Positions 43,603-53,620 are shown, counted from the stretch's first letter. The stretch: 64,000 nt of DNA from Bdellovibrionota bacterium (GCA_041391485.1 JAWKNY010000001.1:89726-153725); one strand, 5' to 3'. Numbers and translations are program-made. The notes: a model not told the origin generated them from the sequence alone.

Positions 43603-44025
43603 TTAAACTTTTCCACGCCAACGTTGGAGCACCCTTTTTACCCGAGCACGATCCCACGGTCCACCGCGACGGGCCGGCACTTTTCTCTCATTCAAAATCC
43701 CTGCGATACATTTCGACGTCTTACCCTCGTTAGCGAGCTTCAAAACGAGCCGGACGACTCGAATTTCGGAGGAATTGAGTTTCAACTGACCGATTACGAC
43801 TTTGTATCCAAACGGCGGATTCCGATAGCGATAGTTGTCCGGTGCCCGGCCACGCCGCCCATTTCGAACACCGACTTTGCGGAGCCGGTGCAAGACGGCT
43901 TGTTTGGAAAGACCGATTCGCTCACTGATCTGTTGGGCCGAAAGACCCTCTTTTTCGTAAATTTCGGCGATAAATTCGGGAGGGATTTTTCTCGGTAGGT
44001 GTGTACCCTCAATAAAGTCGAACAC
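43603..44025 (-). CDS. HTH plus Recombinase-domain protein lacking a serine-recombinase catalytic domain
   Basis: GLSAQQISERIGLSKQAVLHRLRKVG (HTH), then PPFGYKVV ... EIRVVRLVLKLANEGKTSKCIAGILNERKVPARRGGPW ... RVKRVLQ. This is typical of the second domain of large serine recombinases. No resolvase S-R-Q motifs are present. Confidence 0.5.
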   Translation of the reverse strand: MFDFIEGTHLPRKIPPEFIAEIYEKEGLSAQQISERIGLSKQAVLHRLRKVGVRNGRRGRAPDNYRYRNPPFGYKVVIGQLKLNSSEIRVVRLVLKLANEGKTSKCIAGILNERKVPARRGGPWDRARVKRVLQRWRGKV

Positions 44026-44185
44026 ATAAAGGGGTTCGCCTGTCGTCCGGGTCGGTCCACCAAGCGGGAAGGCCTGTCAATTCGATGGGGTTATCGAACC
44101 AATTTTAGCAGGACATTTAAGTACTTCGAGAATTGGGAATCGGGTTCGATAAGACTTATTTTGCAAGTCTCACTTTATCAAGCCG

Positions 44186-44488
44186 CTACTCTTCACCTAG
44201 CCGTCTGGATACTTCGACCATTTCGTGGCCAAATCCTTCGATAATACTTTGCTGAACTCGCTTAGACGGGTGGTTCTTATCACCCGATCGGATCATGGAA
44301 ATATAAGCGCTTGAGATTCCAATCGACTCGGCGAAGTGTTTAGCAGTCGCTGAACGGCCGCTACTAGCTATTAACGCCCCGTTTCGCTGGGCCCAATTTA
44401 GGCTGCTATCCAAATACGTTGCAAACGAAGCAAAGCTGACTTCATTTAGCGGGACTCGTTGGTTTAAAACCAACCCCGTTTTTTCCAA
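44186..44488 (-). CDS. small HTH protein (paralog 1 of a tandem pair)
   Basis: TAKHFAESIGISSAYISMIRSGDKNHPSKRVQQSIIEGFGHE aligns with the neighbouring ORF. Confidence 0.5.
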   Translation of the reverse strand: MEKTGLVLNQRVPLNEVSFASFATYLDSSLNWAQRNGALIASSGRSATAKHFAESIGISSAYISMIRSGDKNHPSKRVQQSIIEGFGHEMVEVSRRLGEE

Positions 44489-44799
44489 AAAGAAATGTTC
44501 CCATCCGGAAGCCGTAGGCTCAGCTCCTTTAAATTTTCATGTCCAAACCCAAGGGCGATCCTTCGAATCACTCGATCAGAAGGTTTTTTCGTATCATGTC
44601 TGATACTGGAAAGATAACTTCCGCGAATATCTACGGCGCGTGCGAATCTCTCTGCCGTTACAGTTTCGCCGCTACCCAGCATCGACAGGTTGTTGTGCTC
44701 AGCCCACCGTAAGCTAGCTGATACGTACTCCCTAGGAATTGAACTGCAGCGCCTCAAGAGGCACTGGGCCCGATAAGACACATCCGAACGCAGAAACAT
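44464..44799 (-). CDS. small HTH protein (paralog 2 of a tandem pair)
   Basis: TAERFARAVDIRGSYLSSIRHDTKKPSDRVIRRIALGFGHE. Overlaps paralog 1 by 25 nt. Confidence 0.5.
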   Translation of the reverse strand: MFLRSDVSYRAQCLLRRCSSIPREYVSASLRWAEHNNLSMLGSGETVTAERFARAVDIRGSYLSSIRHDTKKPSDRVIRRIALGFGHENLKELSLRLPDGNISFWKKRGWF

Positions 44800-45463
44800 T
44801 CGTAGCGGATTGAACGGCTATATCACCGGGTTGTTTTATTGAGCAGCGGAGCGCACCCTTTTCATAATGAAGATCTATTGTCCAGTTTAGGAAATCCGCA
44901 ATGCTTAAAAACTCCCGTACGGCAATCGAACGTTCTCCCAGCAAAAGGTTACCACCTCATTTTCCGTCCAACCAGTCAGACGGCTCCAAATCCGGTTGTC
45001 GTTTTTGCTCAACATCGTCCGCCTAAGAAGCGGCAGCGAGTCGCGAATTTCGAACACAAGCATTGTGGCAAAGGCCGGAGTCACGCGGGAGCTTCCGATC
45101 TCCAATGTGGCGGGAACCAGCAAATCTAGTAGCTCGCCATCGAGATAGCTTGCGCGCTGAAGCTCTAAATCGCAATTACTGCTCGAAAAGGAAATGGAAC
45201 ACAAAACAGCGCTGACCACATAGAGATGGCACAGCGATTTTCTTTTTGAGTTGGGAAGGGCATCGGGACCCTTATAGTCTAAAAACTCAATATCACCTAG
45301 GCTTAAGCAGAAAACGCAGAACAATCAAGCGGTTATGCGGAAGAGCGACCCAGCTTACCATAGCCCCAAGTATCGTGATAATTCGGATATCGCCACGATT
45401 CTCCAAGGTCCACCAAGCAAACCAATAGCCGTACCGATGTTGGTGTAGTAATCTTTGAGGACT

Positions 45464-45847
45464 ATGAAAAAAGCTTTTTTCGCAGTCTGTGTTTTCTCGT
45501 CTCTCCTCGGTTCGCACGCGCATGCCTCGAGCGTACTGGACCCAACTCTCAAAGGTTCTGCGATCGGATTACTTGTCGGTGTTGGGGCGGGCACTGTAGT
45601 TGGAGCTGCCACGCGCAATTTTGAGGCAGGAAGCTTGGTCTTTGGTTCGTGCGTGCTAGCGGGCGCCCTTACGGGTCTTGTTATTGGTGCTTTCACGAGC
45701 TCTTCCTCTGATGAAAACGTGGCCTTGCTCAACTTTGATCAGCGCACGTCGATGGCAAGTTGGTCAGTACCAGCGGTGACGCCGCTACTAACGGAAAGTA
45801 AGTCTTCCGGGGTATTCCTAAATCTCTTTTCTGCCCGAATCTTTTAG
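45464..45847 (+). CDS. small secreted glycine-zipper protein
   Basis: Sec signal MKKAFFAVCVFSSLLGSHAHA, then Gly-zipper helices GLLVGVGAGTVVGAA and AGALTGLVIGA. Confidence 0.55.
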   Translation: MKKAFFAVCVFSSLLGSHAHASSVLDPTLKGSAIGLLVGVGAGTVVGAATRNFEAGSLVFGSCVLAGALTGLVIGAFTSSSSDENVALLNFDQRTSMASWSVPAVTPLLTESKSSGVFLNLFSARIF

Positions 45848-45951
45848 TCGCCCCAGTGCGCTTCCGTCTGAGTAGCTCCTAGACGATTCTAAGCGGTACT
45901 GCCCGTCAATTCGATTGGAACTGTCGTTCTTCCAAAGGACTAAATGGTTCA

Positions 45952-46554
45952 TTAGGGCTTAGAAGTATATTGCTCCAAAAGCACGTTTCGGTTGACCCTT
46001 AATACCTTCAATGCCGACTTTCGATCAGCTTGAAGCCTCGCCGTACTGACAGCACCCACGAGCGAAGCATATAGTACTTGGGCCATCTCAATTCGCTTTG
46101 CGGTCGACTCGTTTGGGAAATGGAATTTCAAGGCGTCGGCAAACTGCCTGTAAAGACGCTCCATCTTATCTGCGAATAGCTTCCGCTCAGATTCTTTGCA
46201 CCGGTTCATATCTGAACTCAGCGAGCTGAGGACACAGCTCGTCTCGACGTTGTCTAAGGTTTCTGCCGAGAGATGGGCTTCAATCATATCTCTCAGTGCC
46301 CTCTCCTTATCAGTAGCAATACGGCCCGCTATCTTCTGAAAGAGCACATCTAAATCGTGAAGGATGGCTTGGCTAAACAAATCGTCCTTAGACTTGAAGT
46401 GGCTATACAGTGCACCCTTCGTCAGACCCGCTCTATCCATGATGGAATCGGTAGCCGAACCTGTTCGACCATGAAGCTTGAAGTACTCCAGAGACGTTTC
46501 TAGAATCTTCTGGCGTAATTTCTCTTTCTCACCTTTTTTAGTCTTCATCGACAC
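45952..46554 (-). CDS. TetR/AcrR-family transcriptional regulator
   Basis: N-terminal HTH ILETSLEYFKLHGRTGSATDSIMDRAGLTKGALYSHFKSKDDLF. Confidence 0.9.
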   Translation of the reverse strand: MSMKTKKGEKEKLRQKILETSLEYFKLHGRTGSATDSIMDRAGLTKGALYSHFKSKDDLFSQAILHDLDVLFQKIAGRIATDKERALRDMIEAHLSAETLDNVETSCVLSSLSSDMNRCKESERKLFADKMERLYRQFADALKFHFPNESTAKRIEMAQVLYASLVGAVSTARLQADRKSALKVLRVNRNVLLEQYTSKP

Positions 46555-46654
46555 ACCCTATTTTTAATACCGATCGGACTTAATTATTGACAGACCGCGC
46601 CGGGATTGTAAATATCCTTTTTAATACTGAATGGTATCAAAATAGGAGGTTCCG

Positions 46655-47032
46655 ATGTTTGATCACGTGATGCTAATGGTCCAGGACAAGAAACGTAGCT
46701 TGAAGTTTTATGAGCCCGTACTAAACACCCTTGGCCACTCCTTAGTGCATAACTCAGACGAATACTCTGGATTTGGTGAGCCGGGTCGCATCCCACTTTG
46801 GCTCAAGCAAAAGAACGGCGAACGCGTAAGCCATCATGTTCACCTCGCCTTCTCGGCCGCGTCTCGATCAATCGTCCGCCAGTTCTACAACATCGCCCTT
46901 GAGCTAGGTGGAAGATCAAACGGAGAGCCAGGAGTCCGGCCGGAACACGGCGAAAATTACTATTCCGCGTACGTTTATGATCTAGACGGTCATAACATTG
47001 AAGCAGTCTGTTACCAAAAAAGCGAAGCATGA
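46655..47032 (+). CDS. VOC (glyoxalase) family protein
   Basis: MFDHVMLMVQDKKRSLKFY ... HVHLAF ... YSAYVYDLDGHNIEAV. Divergent from the TetR gene. Confidence 0.8.
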   Translation: MFDHVMLMVQDKKRSLKFYEPVLNTLGHSLVHNSDEYSGFGEPGRIPLWLKQKNGERVSHHVHLAFSAASRSIVRQFYNIALELGGRSNGEPGVRPEHGENYYSAYVYDLDGHNIEAVCYQKSEA

Positions 47033-47814
47033 CCTCTTTAAATTATCAAAGCGAGTTTGCCGGAAAAACTGTTCTTATAACAGGGGGCACCCAAGGCACT
47101 GGATTAGCTACCGCTAATCGTTTTGCCGAAGGTGGAGCTCGCGTTTTAGTGTGCGCTCGGAACGACTCAAGCGAACCTTCTTACGAGTTAATCCCTGGTG
47201 ATCTATCCAATTTTTCAGGGTGTGAAGAGGTTGCGCGAGATGTTCTGAAGAAAAGCTCTTCGCTTGACATAATAGTTCACAGCGTGGGCGGCTCTTCGGC
47301 ACATGGTGGCGGTTTTGCCAGCGCTAGTGACGAAATCTGGGCGCAAGAACTAAATATCAATCTACTGGCCGCCGTTAGGCTGGACCGAATGCTAGCTCCG
47401 GTGATGATTCAAAGGAAGTCAGGCGTGATTGTGCACGTTTCGTCGATCCAACGAAAGCTCCCTCTGTATGAATCGACCCTCGCGTATGCGGCCGCAAAGG
47501 CTGCATTAACTACGTATAGCAAGGGGCTTTCGAATGAATTGGCTCCAAAAGGTGTTCGAGTAAACTCCGTTTCGCCAGGAGGAATTGAGACCGAGGCAGC
47601 AAAACGAATGATTCGACGAATTTCTGAAGACCACACGATCACAATCGAAGAAGCGCGAACACAGCTTCTACAGATGCTTGGAGGAGTTACAATTGGGCGA
47701 TTTAGTACTCCCGAAGAAGTTGCAGAGTTGATCGTGTTTCTCTGTTCAAGTCGCGCTTCGAGTATAACAGGAGCTGACTACGTGATTGATGGAGGGACAG
47801 TTCCGGTCATCTAA
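47029..47814 (+). CDS. short-chain dehydrogenase/reductase (SDR)
   Basis: TGGTQGTGLATANRFAEGGARV (TGxxxGxG), catalytic YAAAKAAL (YxxxK), SPGGIET. Confidence 0.9.
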   Translation: MTSLNYQSEFAGKTVLITGGTQGTGLATANRFAEGGARVLVCARNDSSEPSYELIPGDLSNFSGCEEVARDVLKKSSSLDIIVHSVGGSSAHGGGFASASDEIWAQELNINLLAAVRLDRMLAPVMIQRKSGVIVHVSSIQRKLPLYESTLAYAAAKAALTTYSKGLSNELAPKGVRVNSVSPGGIETEAAKRMIRRISEDHTITIEEARTQLLQMLGGVTIGRFSTPEEVAELIVFLCSSRASSITGADYVIDGGTVPVI

Positions 47815-47921
47815 TAGTGGCTTGGGTCGAGCAGTTCGAAGGACTAAACGTAGTAAGGCCCAAGTATCACCGGGAGTCCCGCAACCTCCACCGAGCGGGA
47901 ATCTTTTTCAAATCGCTGATC

Positions 47922-49355
47922 TTATAGAATGGGTCCCATCGCGGCGACGGCATTGTTGCGTAGCCTGATGGCGACCGACCAGGCGGCAACATCATCCTGC
48001 GTGATTTCTTTGGATTGACCGAGATATTGCGTTTGGCGCTCGATGAGGGAAGCCGTTGTTTTTGGATCGTAGAGTAGAATGTTGTTTTCGTAGTTCAAAT
48101 CGAAACTTCGCCTATCCATGTTAGCCGATCCGATAAGCGATACCTCCCCATCCAAAGTCAGCGTTTTGCTATGAAGCAGGCCGCCACGGTACTCGTGGAT
48201 ACGAACCCCGGCCTGTAGCAAATCCGCATAGTAGCTGCGGCTGGCCGCTCCCACCACAAACGAATCGTTGCGTTCAGGAAAAATCAGAGTGATATCGACT
48301 CCGCGCAGAGCGGCTGCCTCCAGCGCAGATTGAAGCGGTTCGTTGGGAACGTAATACGGGGTCGAGATAATGAGTCTATGCTGAGCCGCGTGAACGAGGG
48401 CTGTAAAGATTTCTGGCATCGCCGAGTCGCGGAACGTCGGACCGGTGCCAATGACCTGAGCGGAAAATCCCGGCGTAGCAGCTGCGAAAGGTTCGGTGAT
48501 CAGATTGTCGAGGTTCTCTCCGGTATAGGCAGTCCAATCACTGGCAAATAGTTTCAGGTTCTGGCGGGCAACTGGTCCCTGCAGGCGGAACATGACGTCC
48601 ACCCAGGGAGCGTACTTTGGTTTGACGCGAAATTCGGGATCTGCGCAGTTCTGGCTCCCGCAATAAGTTAGGTCCCCATCGATGACGAGTATCTTTCGAT
48701 GGTTGCGGAGATCGATCCGACCGGTCAGGACTCTGGCCAATGGGTTTCCAATCGGCAAAGCGGTGGCTACATTTACTCCTGCCGACCGCATTCGCCTCCA
48801 CTGTGAGCTGCGAATAAACGCCCGGGAACCTAGGCCATCGACCAGCGCTCGGCAACGGACACCACGCTTCGCTGCTCGCTGCAAGGCTTCTGCGATCTTG
48901 ATCCCGTTGTTGTCTTCAAGCCAGATGTAAAACAGAAGATGAATGTGGTCTTTCGCAGCTTCGATGTCTGCGACCATGTGATCGATGGAAGCGTTTGAGT
49001 CCTTCATCAGAATTGCTTGATTCCCACTCACCGGCTGGAATCCACTAACCGAGGCCCCTAGATGAAACAACGGCCGGTAGCGTTCGGGAATTTGCGTCTC
49101 TACTTCCACCTCGGCTCCCGTGGGAATGGACGGGAGCGCCATGAATACTGTTTTCATTCTGGCCGCCTGTTTTTTCCCAATCGTGGTCTCGCCGAACAGG
49201 ACATAAAGAATAATTCCAACAGCGGGTAGGGTTAGGATCACGACAATCCAGGCTACGCGCGAGGTGGGTTCCCGGTGCGGGCGCGTGAGAACGCGCAAGA
49301 TGAATATAGTCTCGACTAGAAGGTGAGTCAGAATCAGCAGTGTGGTAGGGGGCAT
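47922..49355 (-). CDS. cls: cardiolipin synthase (PLD superfamily)
   Basis: Two N-terminal TM helices and two HKD motifs (HRKILVIDGDLTYCGSQN; HSKTLTLDGEVSLIGSANMD). Confidence 0.9.
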   Translation of the reverse strand: MPPTTLLILTHLLVETIFILRVLTRPHREPTSRVAWIVVILTLPAVGIILYVLFGETTIGKKQAARMKTVFMALPSIPTGAEVEVETQIPERYRPLFHLGASVSGFQPVSGNQAILMKDSNASIDHMVADIEAAKDHIHLLFYIWLEDNNGIKIAEALQRAAKRGVRCRALVDGLGSRAFIRSSQWRRMRSAGVNVATALPIGNPLARVLTGRIDLRNHRKILVIDGDLTYCGSQNCADPEFRVKPKYAPWVDVMFRLQGPVARQNLKLFASDWTAYTGENLDNLITEPFAAATPGFSAQVIGTGPTFRDSAMPEIFTALVHAAQHRLIISTPYYVPNEPLQSALEAAALRGVDITLIFPERNDSFVVGAASRSYYADLLQAGVRIHEYRGGLLHSKTLTLDGEVSLIGSANMDRRSFDLNYENNILLYDPKTTASLIERQTQYLGQSKEITQDDVAAWSVAIRLRNNAVAAMGPIL

Positions 49356-49528
49356 TCCGTTTCTCTCATTCGTGGACGTTGTGGCAGCCAGCTATAGCAA
49401 GAACGAGTGAGGATAGCGAATGATTTGTACCGGGATACCGGAAAAGGACCGAGGGTAAAGCTGGCCTTGCCAAGAATCTGCGGCCAAACCCTAATACTAT
49501 CAACAAATTTTTGCGTGAAGGACTAAGC

Positions 49529-49555
49529 CTGCAGGGAGCGTTACACTCCCTGCAG
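49529..49555 (-). terminator. perfect 10-bp stem hairpin just after the 49563 stop
   Basis: CTGCAGGGAG-CGTTACA-CTCCCTGCAG, 8 nt downstream of the minus-strand stop. There is no clear U-tract. Confidence 0.35.
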
Positions 49556-49562
49556 CGAGGGC

Positions 49563-49913
49563 TTACTTCCTACGTGGCGAATAATTAAACACCTTGGCGT
49601 TCACCGGTGCTTCGACAATCAAATAGCAGGAGTAAAACGTTTCAGGGGGGATTGTTACAGAAGGAAGCGACTCAACCGAGCAGTAGAAGTCGCGGGACAG
49701 TGCCACCTTATCCCCACTGCCCTTACCCGAGTCTATCTTTTCGAGTTGCTTGTAGAGTGTTTCCGCCGCCTTTCCACCGATATGGAACGCGATACCTTTT
49801 CCATCCTCTCCGTCAATATTGAGGCCTCCTAGACCGGCCGGTGATACAGAAAGTCCGTGGGCAAGCCCTACCCAGGAAAATACCAAGAATCCTGTCAAAG
49901 TTGCTTTGTTCAT
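49563..49913 (-). CDS. small secreted protein, unknown function
   Basis: Sec signal MNKATLTGFLVFSWVGLAHG from the ATG at 49913. The longer track ORF has no support. Confidence 0.5.
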   Translation of the reverse strand: MNKATLTGFLVFSWVGLAHGLSVSPAGLGGLNIDGEDGKGIAFHIGGKAAETLYKQLEKIDSGKGSGDKVALSRDFYCSVESLPSVTIPPETFYSCYLIVEAPVNAKVFNYSPRRK

Positions 49914-50079
49914 CTGTGTACTCCTTTGACTCTCTCTCCTAAGACCGACGCTGGGTGCTGTCAAAGACCTACGGCACCCCTCATGATTTTGTGGATACGA
50001 TCTGTAGACACATTTTGTTAGATGCACAGTTGTTTCGTTGCACCCGCTTCTCCAAGTGCTTATAGCAAATTAGGTCAAA

Positions 50080-51080
50080 TTGAAGAGAGTGCCTGAAAGG
50101 CGCTCTTCTTTAAAAGGGGGACTCTTGAAAAATACCTATAAAGTAGCGCTGATTCTACTAGCGATTGTTGTTCGAATAGCCTCCGCACATCAGCATTTAT
50201 CCACCAATAACATTGAGGCGATCCGACTCGCTGTTGGTAGTTTGGGCGAACGTTTCGAGCCTAAAGACACCTTCATTGTATTTGACCACGACAACACCTT
50301 ATTGACTCTCACAACCGAGCTAGGGAGCGATCAGTGGTTTAGCTGGCAGGAAAGCCTGCTTTTTGGAGGAAACTCGGACTCAAAGCTCTTGCAGCAGACT
50401 CCTTTGACGATCTGATCGACGCACAAGGCCTGCTGCTTTCCATCGTTCCAATGAGGGTCCCCGACCCGAACATGCCGACGATTGTTAAGCAGTTTCAAAA
50501 CTCCGGCTACCCCACTTTTATATTAACCTCCAGAGGACAGGAGTACCGGTATGCCACCCTGAGGGAGCTTTTTCGAAACGGATACAATTTTGCGATCACC
50601 GCTCCTCAGTTGGGCGTCGGTACATCCGAACTATGGATGCCCTACGAATCGACCACAGCGCACCAGCAATTAGGTTTGAGTGAGAGTGCAGGCTTTGATC
50701 AAGCGGAACTCAAGTCTTTCAAACTAAACCACCCGAGGCTCGTGAATTACACCCACGGGGTGTTTTTCACCGCCGGCCAGCATAAGGGTGTACTTCTGAG
50801 GGCTTTTCTTAGAAAGGCCAACGCGAAGCCAAAGGCTATCGTCTTTGTAGATGATAACTTGAAGCATTGTGAACGTGTTCAGACGGCCTTTAAGTATTCG
50901 GACGCGGAAGTCATTACCATCCACTATACAAAGCTTGACCCGTCGGTCGATGCCTTTGAGAATAGTGATAAGCGCCAAGTCATCAACGAATGGGAAGCCT
51001 TTCAAAGCGCTTACAAGGCACGTGACAAAAGCAAAGCGGAAAAGCTTTTAGTGATCTGCGATAGGAAGGAGGCGGGGTGA
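50080..51080 (+). pseudogene. HAD-superfamily (DxDxT) phosphatase-like secreted protein split by a frameshift
   Basis: ORF 50080-50415 carries the signal peptide and FDHDNT. ORF 50451-51080 carries FILTSRGQEY and VFVDDN. The second frame is open back to 50343, so a 1-nt correction near the A-run at 50382-50384 joins them. Confidence 0.55.
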
Positions 51081-52041
51081 AGGTAGAAGATTTTGTTCCG
51101 TTTAGAGGACAACACTGTGAGGCTGTAGCGACTGGCTCGCTTCTGAAAACTCAGGGAATTGAGCTGTCTGAACCCATGATCTTTGGGATTGGAGAAGGGC
51201 AAGCTTTATCTTTCTTAACCTTCGGGCGCTGTCTCTCCCCTTTCTTGGGGGCAGGGTCAAACCGTTTGAGCTAACCGCCAATCTTTGCAAGAACCTCAAC
51301 CTAAAATGCGAAGTTTTCGAAACATCCTCTAAACAAAAAGCGTGGAAGCTGCTGGAGGAGCCGCTCAAACAGAACATCCCCGTCGCCCTCCAACTTGACT
51401 GCTACTATTTGGAGTATTTTTCTCAGCCGATACATTTTGCAGGGCATTTTTTGGCCGTCTACGGCATCGATGAGAAATATGTCTATGTAGTAGATACGGT
51501 CCAACAAGGAGACCGCAACAACCCATTGCAGAAGTCGAGTAGGAAGAACATTGAGTTAGCACGTTTCGAAAAGGGTCCGATGGCCGCAAAGGCTCGAACC
51601 TGGACGGTATCGGGATCGTTCGATAGGAGAAACCTTTCAAAAGCCATTGAGAAAGCTCTTCGCAATAATGCTCACACTTATCTGAACCCAGCTTTTAAGG
51701 GCCTATCCTATTTGGGAATTCAAAAGCTGAGCAAGTCGATTCCAACTTGGCTAAAAGTGGCAAAGGACCCGGAAACGGATTTGGAATTGGTAGGCATCTT
51801 GATGGAACGAGCCGGGACAGGAGGTAGCCTGTTTCGCAATTTTTATCGGGATTTCCTGCTGGAGGCGCAAGAGTTTCTTCCGAAGTGGCAAGGCCCCCTC
51901 CGTGAGGCTCACTCTTTATTCAGTACGGCCGCCTCCCATTGGCGGTCGATTTCGGAGATTCTAATTCAAACTTCTAAAAGCCAAAACGAGGCACCTCTAT
52001 TAGAGGCCGCGCGCCTCGCATCAGAGATTGTTCGCAACTAA
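51077..52041 (+). pseudogene. BtrH-N / DUF4872-like (C39-like peptidase fold) protein split by a frameshift
   Basis: ORF 51077-51274 gives FRGQHCEAVATGSLLKTQGIELSEPMIFGIGEG. The downstream frame is open from about 51200 and continues LGGRVKPFELTANLCKNLNLKCEVFE ... LQLDCYYLEYF ... A 1-nt correction near 51224-51230 joins them. Confidence 0.5.
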
Positions 52042-52084
52042 CAGAGCGCCATGGAACTCTTAGCTGGCCAGTGACCTGAATAGA

Positions 52085-52921
52085 CTACGGGACGTAGGTT
52101 GGCCTGCCCTGTTTATCCACGCCGGGTACGAGTTCTGGAAACTTCTGTTTAAACTCTTCCCTCAAACGGTAGCGCTCTTTTGCGGCTTTGATATCTTTTA
52201 CCTTATACTGCAGGCGCTGAAGCATGCGGAAGGTTCCCGCTTTTGAGGAATAATGTTCGCTTGCAAACGCGTACTCGACGTGGCCATCCTCCCCGATATC
52301 GAAAAGCCTTCCGGACAGCACATCCCGGACATTGAACGCCACGCCGTCTGGTGCAAACAAAAACTCCAAATTCTTCTTCCTTTCAATCGCGGCCGGCAGG
52401 TGTAAAAGCGTCGCCGCCTCGCCGGATCGAGCAAGGGGGGTTCCAATCCACGCATCCTTGGAGCTTCGGTCATAAAGATCGGCCGACACCTTGCTATGAG
52501 TCAGCGCCCCCTCCGGCTCGCCTTCATTTCGGCGTACGACAAAGTTTGGATTTCTCCAGTAAGCTCCCTTACCACTGACCCAAAGCGCCCGCTCCCCACT
52601 CTTCGCGGGGACAACGTAGAAGAACTTATCGGTAACCAAGAAGACTTCATGGGCCACGTCGACTTCACTAAACTTAGCCACGTAGCTGAGATAAATATCA
52701 AAAATTGCGTGCGGGCTGTCCTTCCAGTCGTGCTTTTTCTTGAACTCAAGTTGGGTGTAGCCTTTTTCTTTACTCGGCACAAGCGTCCCCAGTTGAAGAT
52801 TATTTAGGTACACGCCAGTCCCGTCACCTGTCTGTTCAAGGACAAACAAGGACGAGCCGTACTTTTCTTTACTCTCTTTGAAAATCTCCTCACGAATAGC
52901 CATGTAGGGAGCGCTTTTCAA
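52085..52921 (-). CDS. hypothetical protein; probably the 3' part of a longer disrupted gene
   Basis: Longest intact ORF here (TTG at 52921, ATG at 52903). It is in the same frame as ORF 52979-53194, separated only by the TGA at 52979-52981. Confidence 0.45.
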   Translation of the reverse strand: MKSAPYMAIREEIFKESKEKYGSSLFVLEQTGDGTGVYLNNLQLGTLVPSKEKGYTQLEFKKKHDWKDSPHAIFDIYLSYVAKFSEVDVAHEVFLVTDKFFYVVPAKSGERALWVSGKGAYWRNPNFVVRRNEGEPEGALTHSKVSADLYDRSSKDAWIGTPLARSGEAATLLHLPAAIERKKNLEFLFAPDGVAFNVRDVLSGRLFDIGEDGHVEYAFASEHYSSKAGTFRMLQRLQYKVKDIKAAKERYRLREEFKQKFPELVPGVDKQGRPTYVP

Positions 52922-52978
52922 CTTAAGTCTAGAATTCCAAAAACGTTTGTACTCGACGTAAATGCTAATCTGCTCTTT

Positions 52979-53611
52979 TCACTGAAGGTCCATCCCGGCA
53001 AAAGAACGGGACCGCTTGGGTAGATTGAGGCATCCTTTCTTTTTTACGACCGGCACTGGAGCAAGGAGATAGCGATAGCCCGATCCCGATTCGTGAGGCA
53101 CCGCCTGGATGGTCCGCGGAATGGATTCCACAAAGCGAAGTCCCAGTAATTTATCCTTGGATCCTGTTCCCGGCCGCTTGGGCTGCTTAACCATCTCATT
53201 GTCACCGACAAGGTATTTGTCCCCAAAAGAAATTTTCCGTGGGCTTTGAGATAGAATCCATCCTTTTCTTGGTTTGGGAACTGGACATCTTGCAGCTCCG
53301 GGACTCCGGCCTTCCAGTCCTCGGCGCGATAGGTGATGACCGATCGCTTTTTAGTGGGGAGTTCCTGCCCTTCCCTCACCGGGGCTACAAAATAAACGCT
53401 TTCTACGGCTTTCGAGAGAGACAGAGCCGTTGGCAGAGGCCCTTCCCGTCGGGAGAAACCAAGCGCACTCCACCTTCATCGACGCTCAAAAACTGCCCGG
53501 TACCGCGGTGTCGGAGATAAAACCTGCCGGAAGGGGGAAAGGATCCTCCGCCAAAGAGACCTCGCTGAACGCGAGCGCGAGGAGTAGCGCTCCGAGGGCA
53601 GTTGGGCTCAT
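52979..53611 (-). pseudogene. 5' fragments of a secreted protein gene (signal peptide plus two further frames)
   Basis: The ATG at 53611 gives MSPTALGALLLALAFSEVSLAEDPFPLPAGFISDTAVPGSF-stop. The coding signal then continues in two other frames (53403-53624 and 53044-53379 ORFs) and returns to the frame of 52979-53194. Confidence 0.4.
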
Positions 53612-53620
53612 TCTGAACGC

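Noticed and set aside
44905-45324. 139-aa minus-strand ORF as a confident gene
   Set aside because: It has no signal, motif or RBS that I could support, and its composition is unremarkable. It is mentioned as a weak candidate but not listed as a feature.
52979-52981. TGA as selenocysteine or an alternative genetic code
   Set aside because: TGA functions as a normal stop for many well-defined genes in this window (narI, nnrS, actD and others). The same locus also carries frameshifts, so a nonsense mutation is the simpler explanation.
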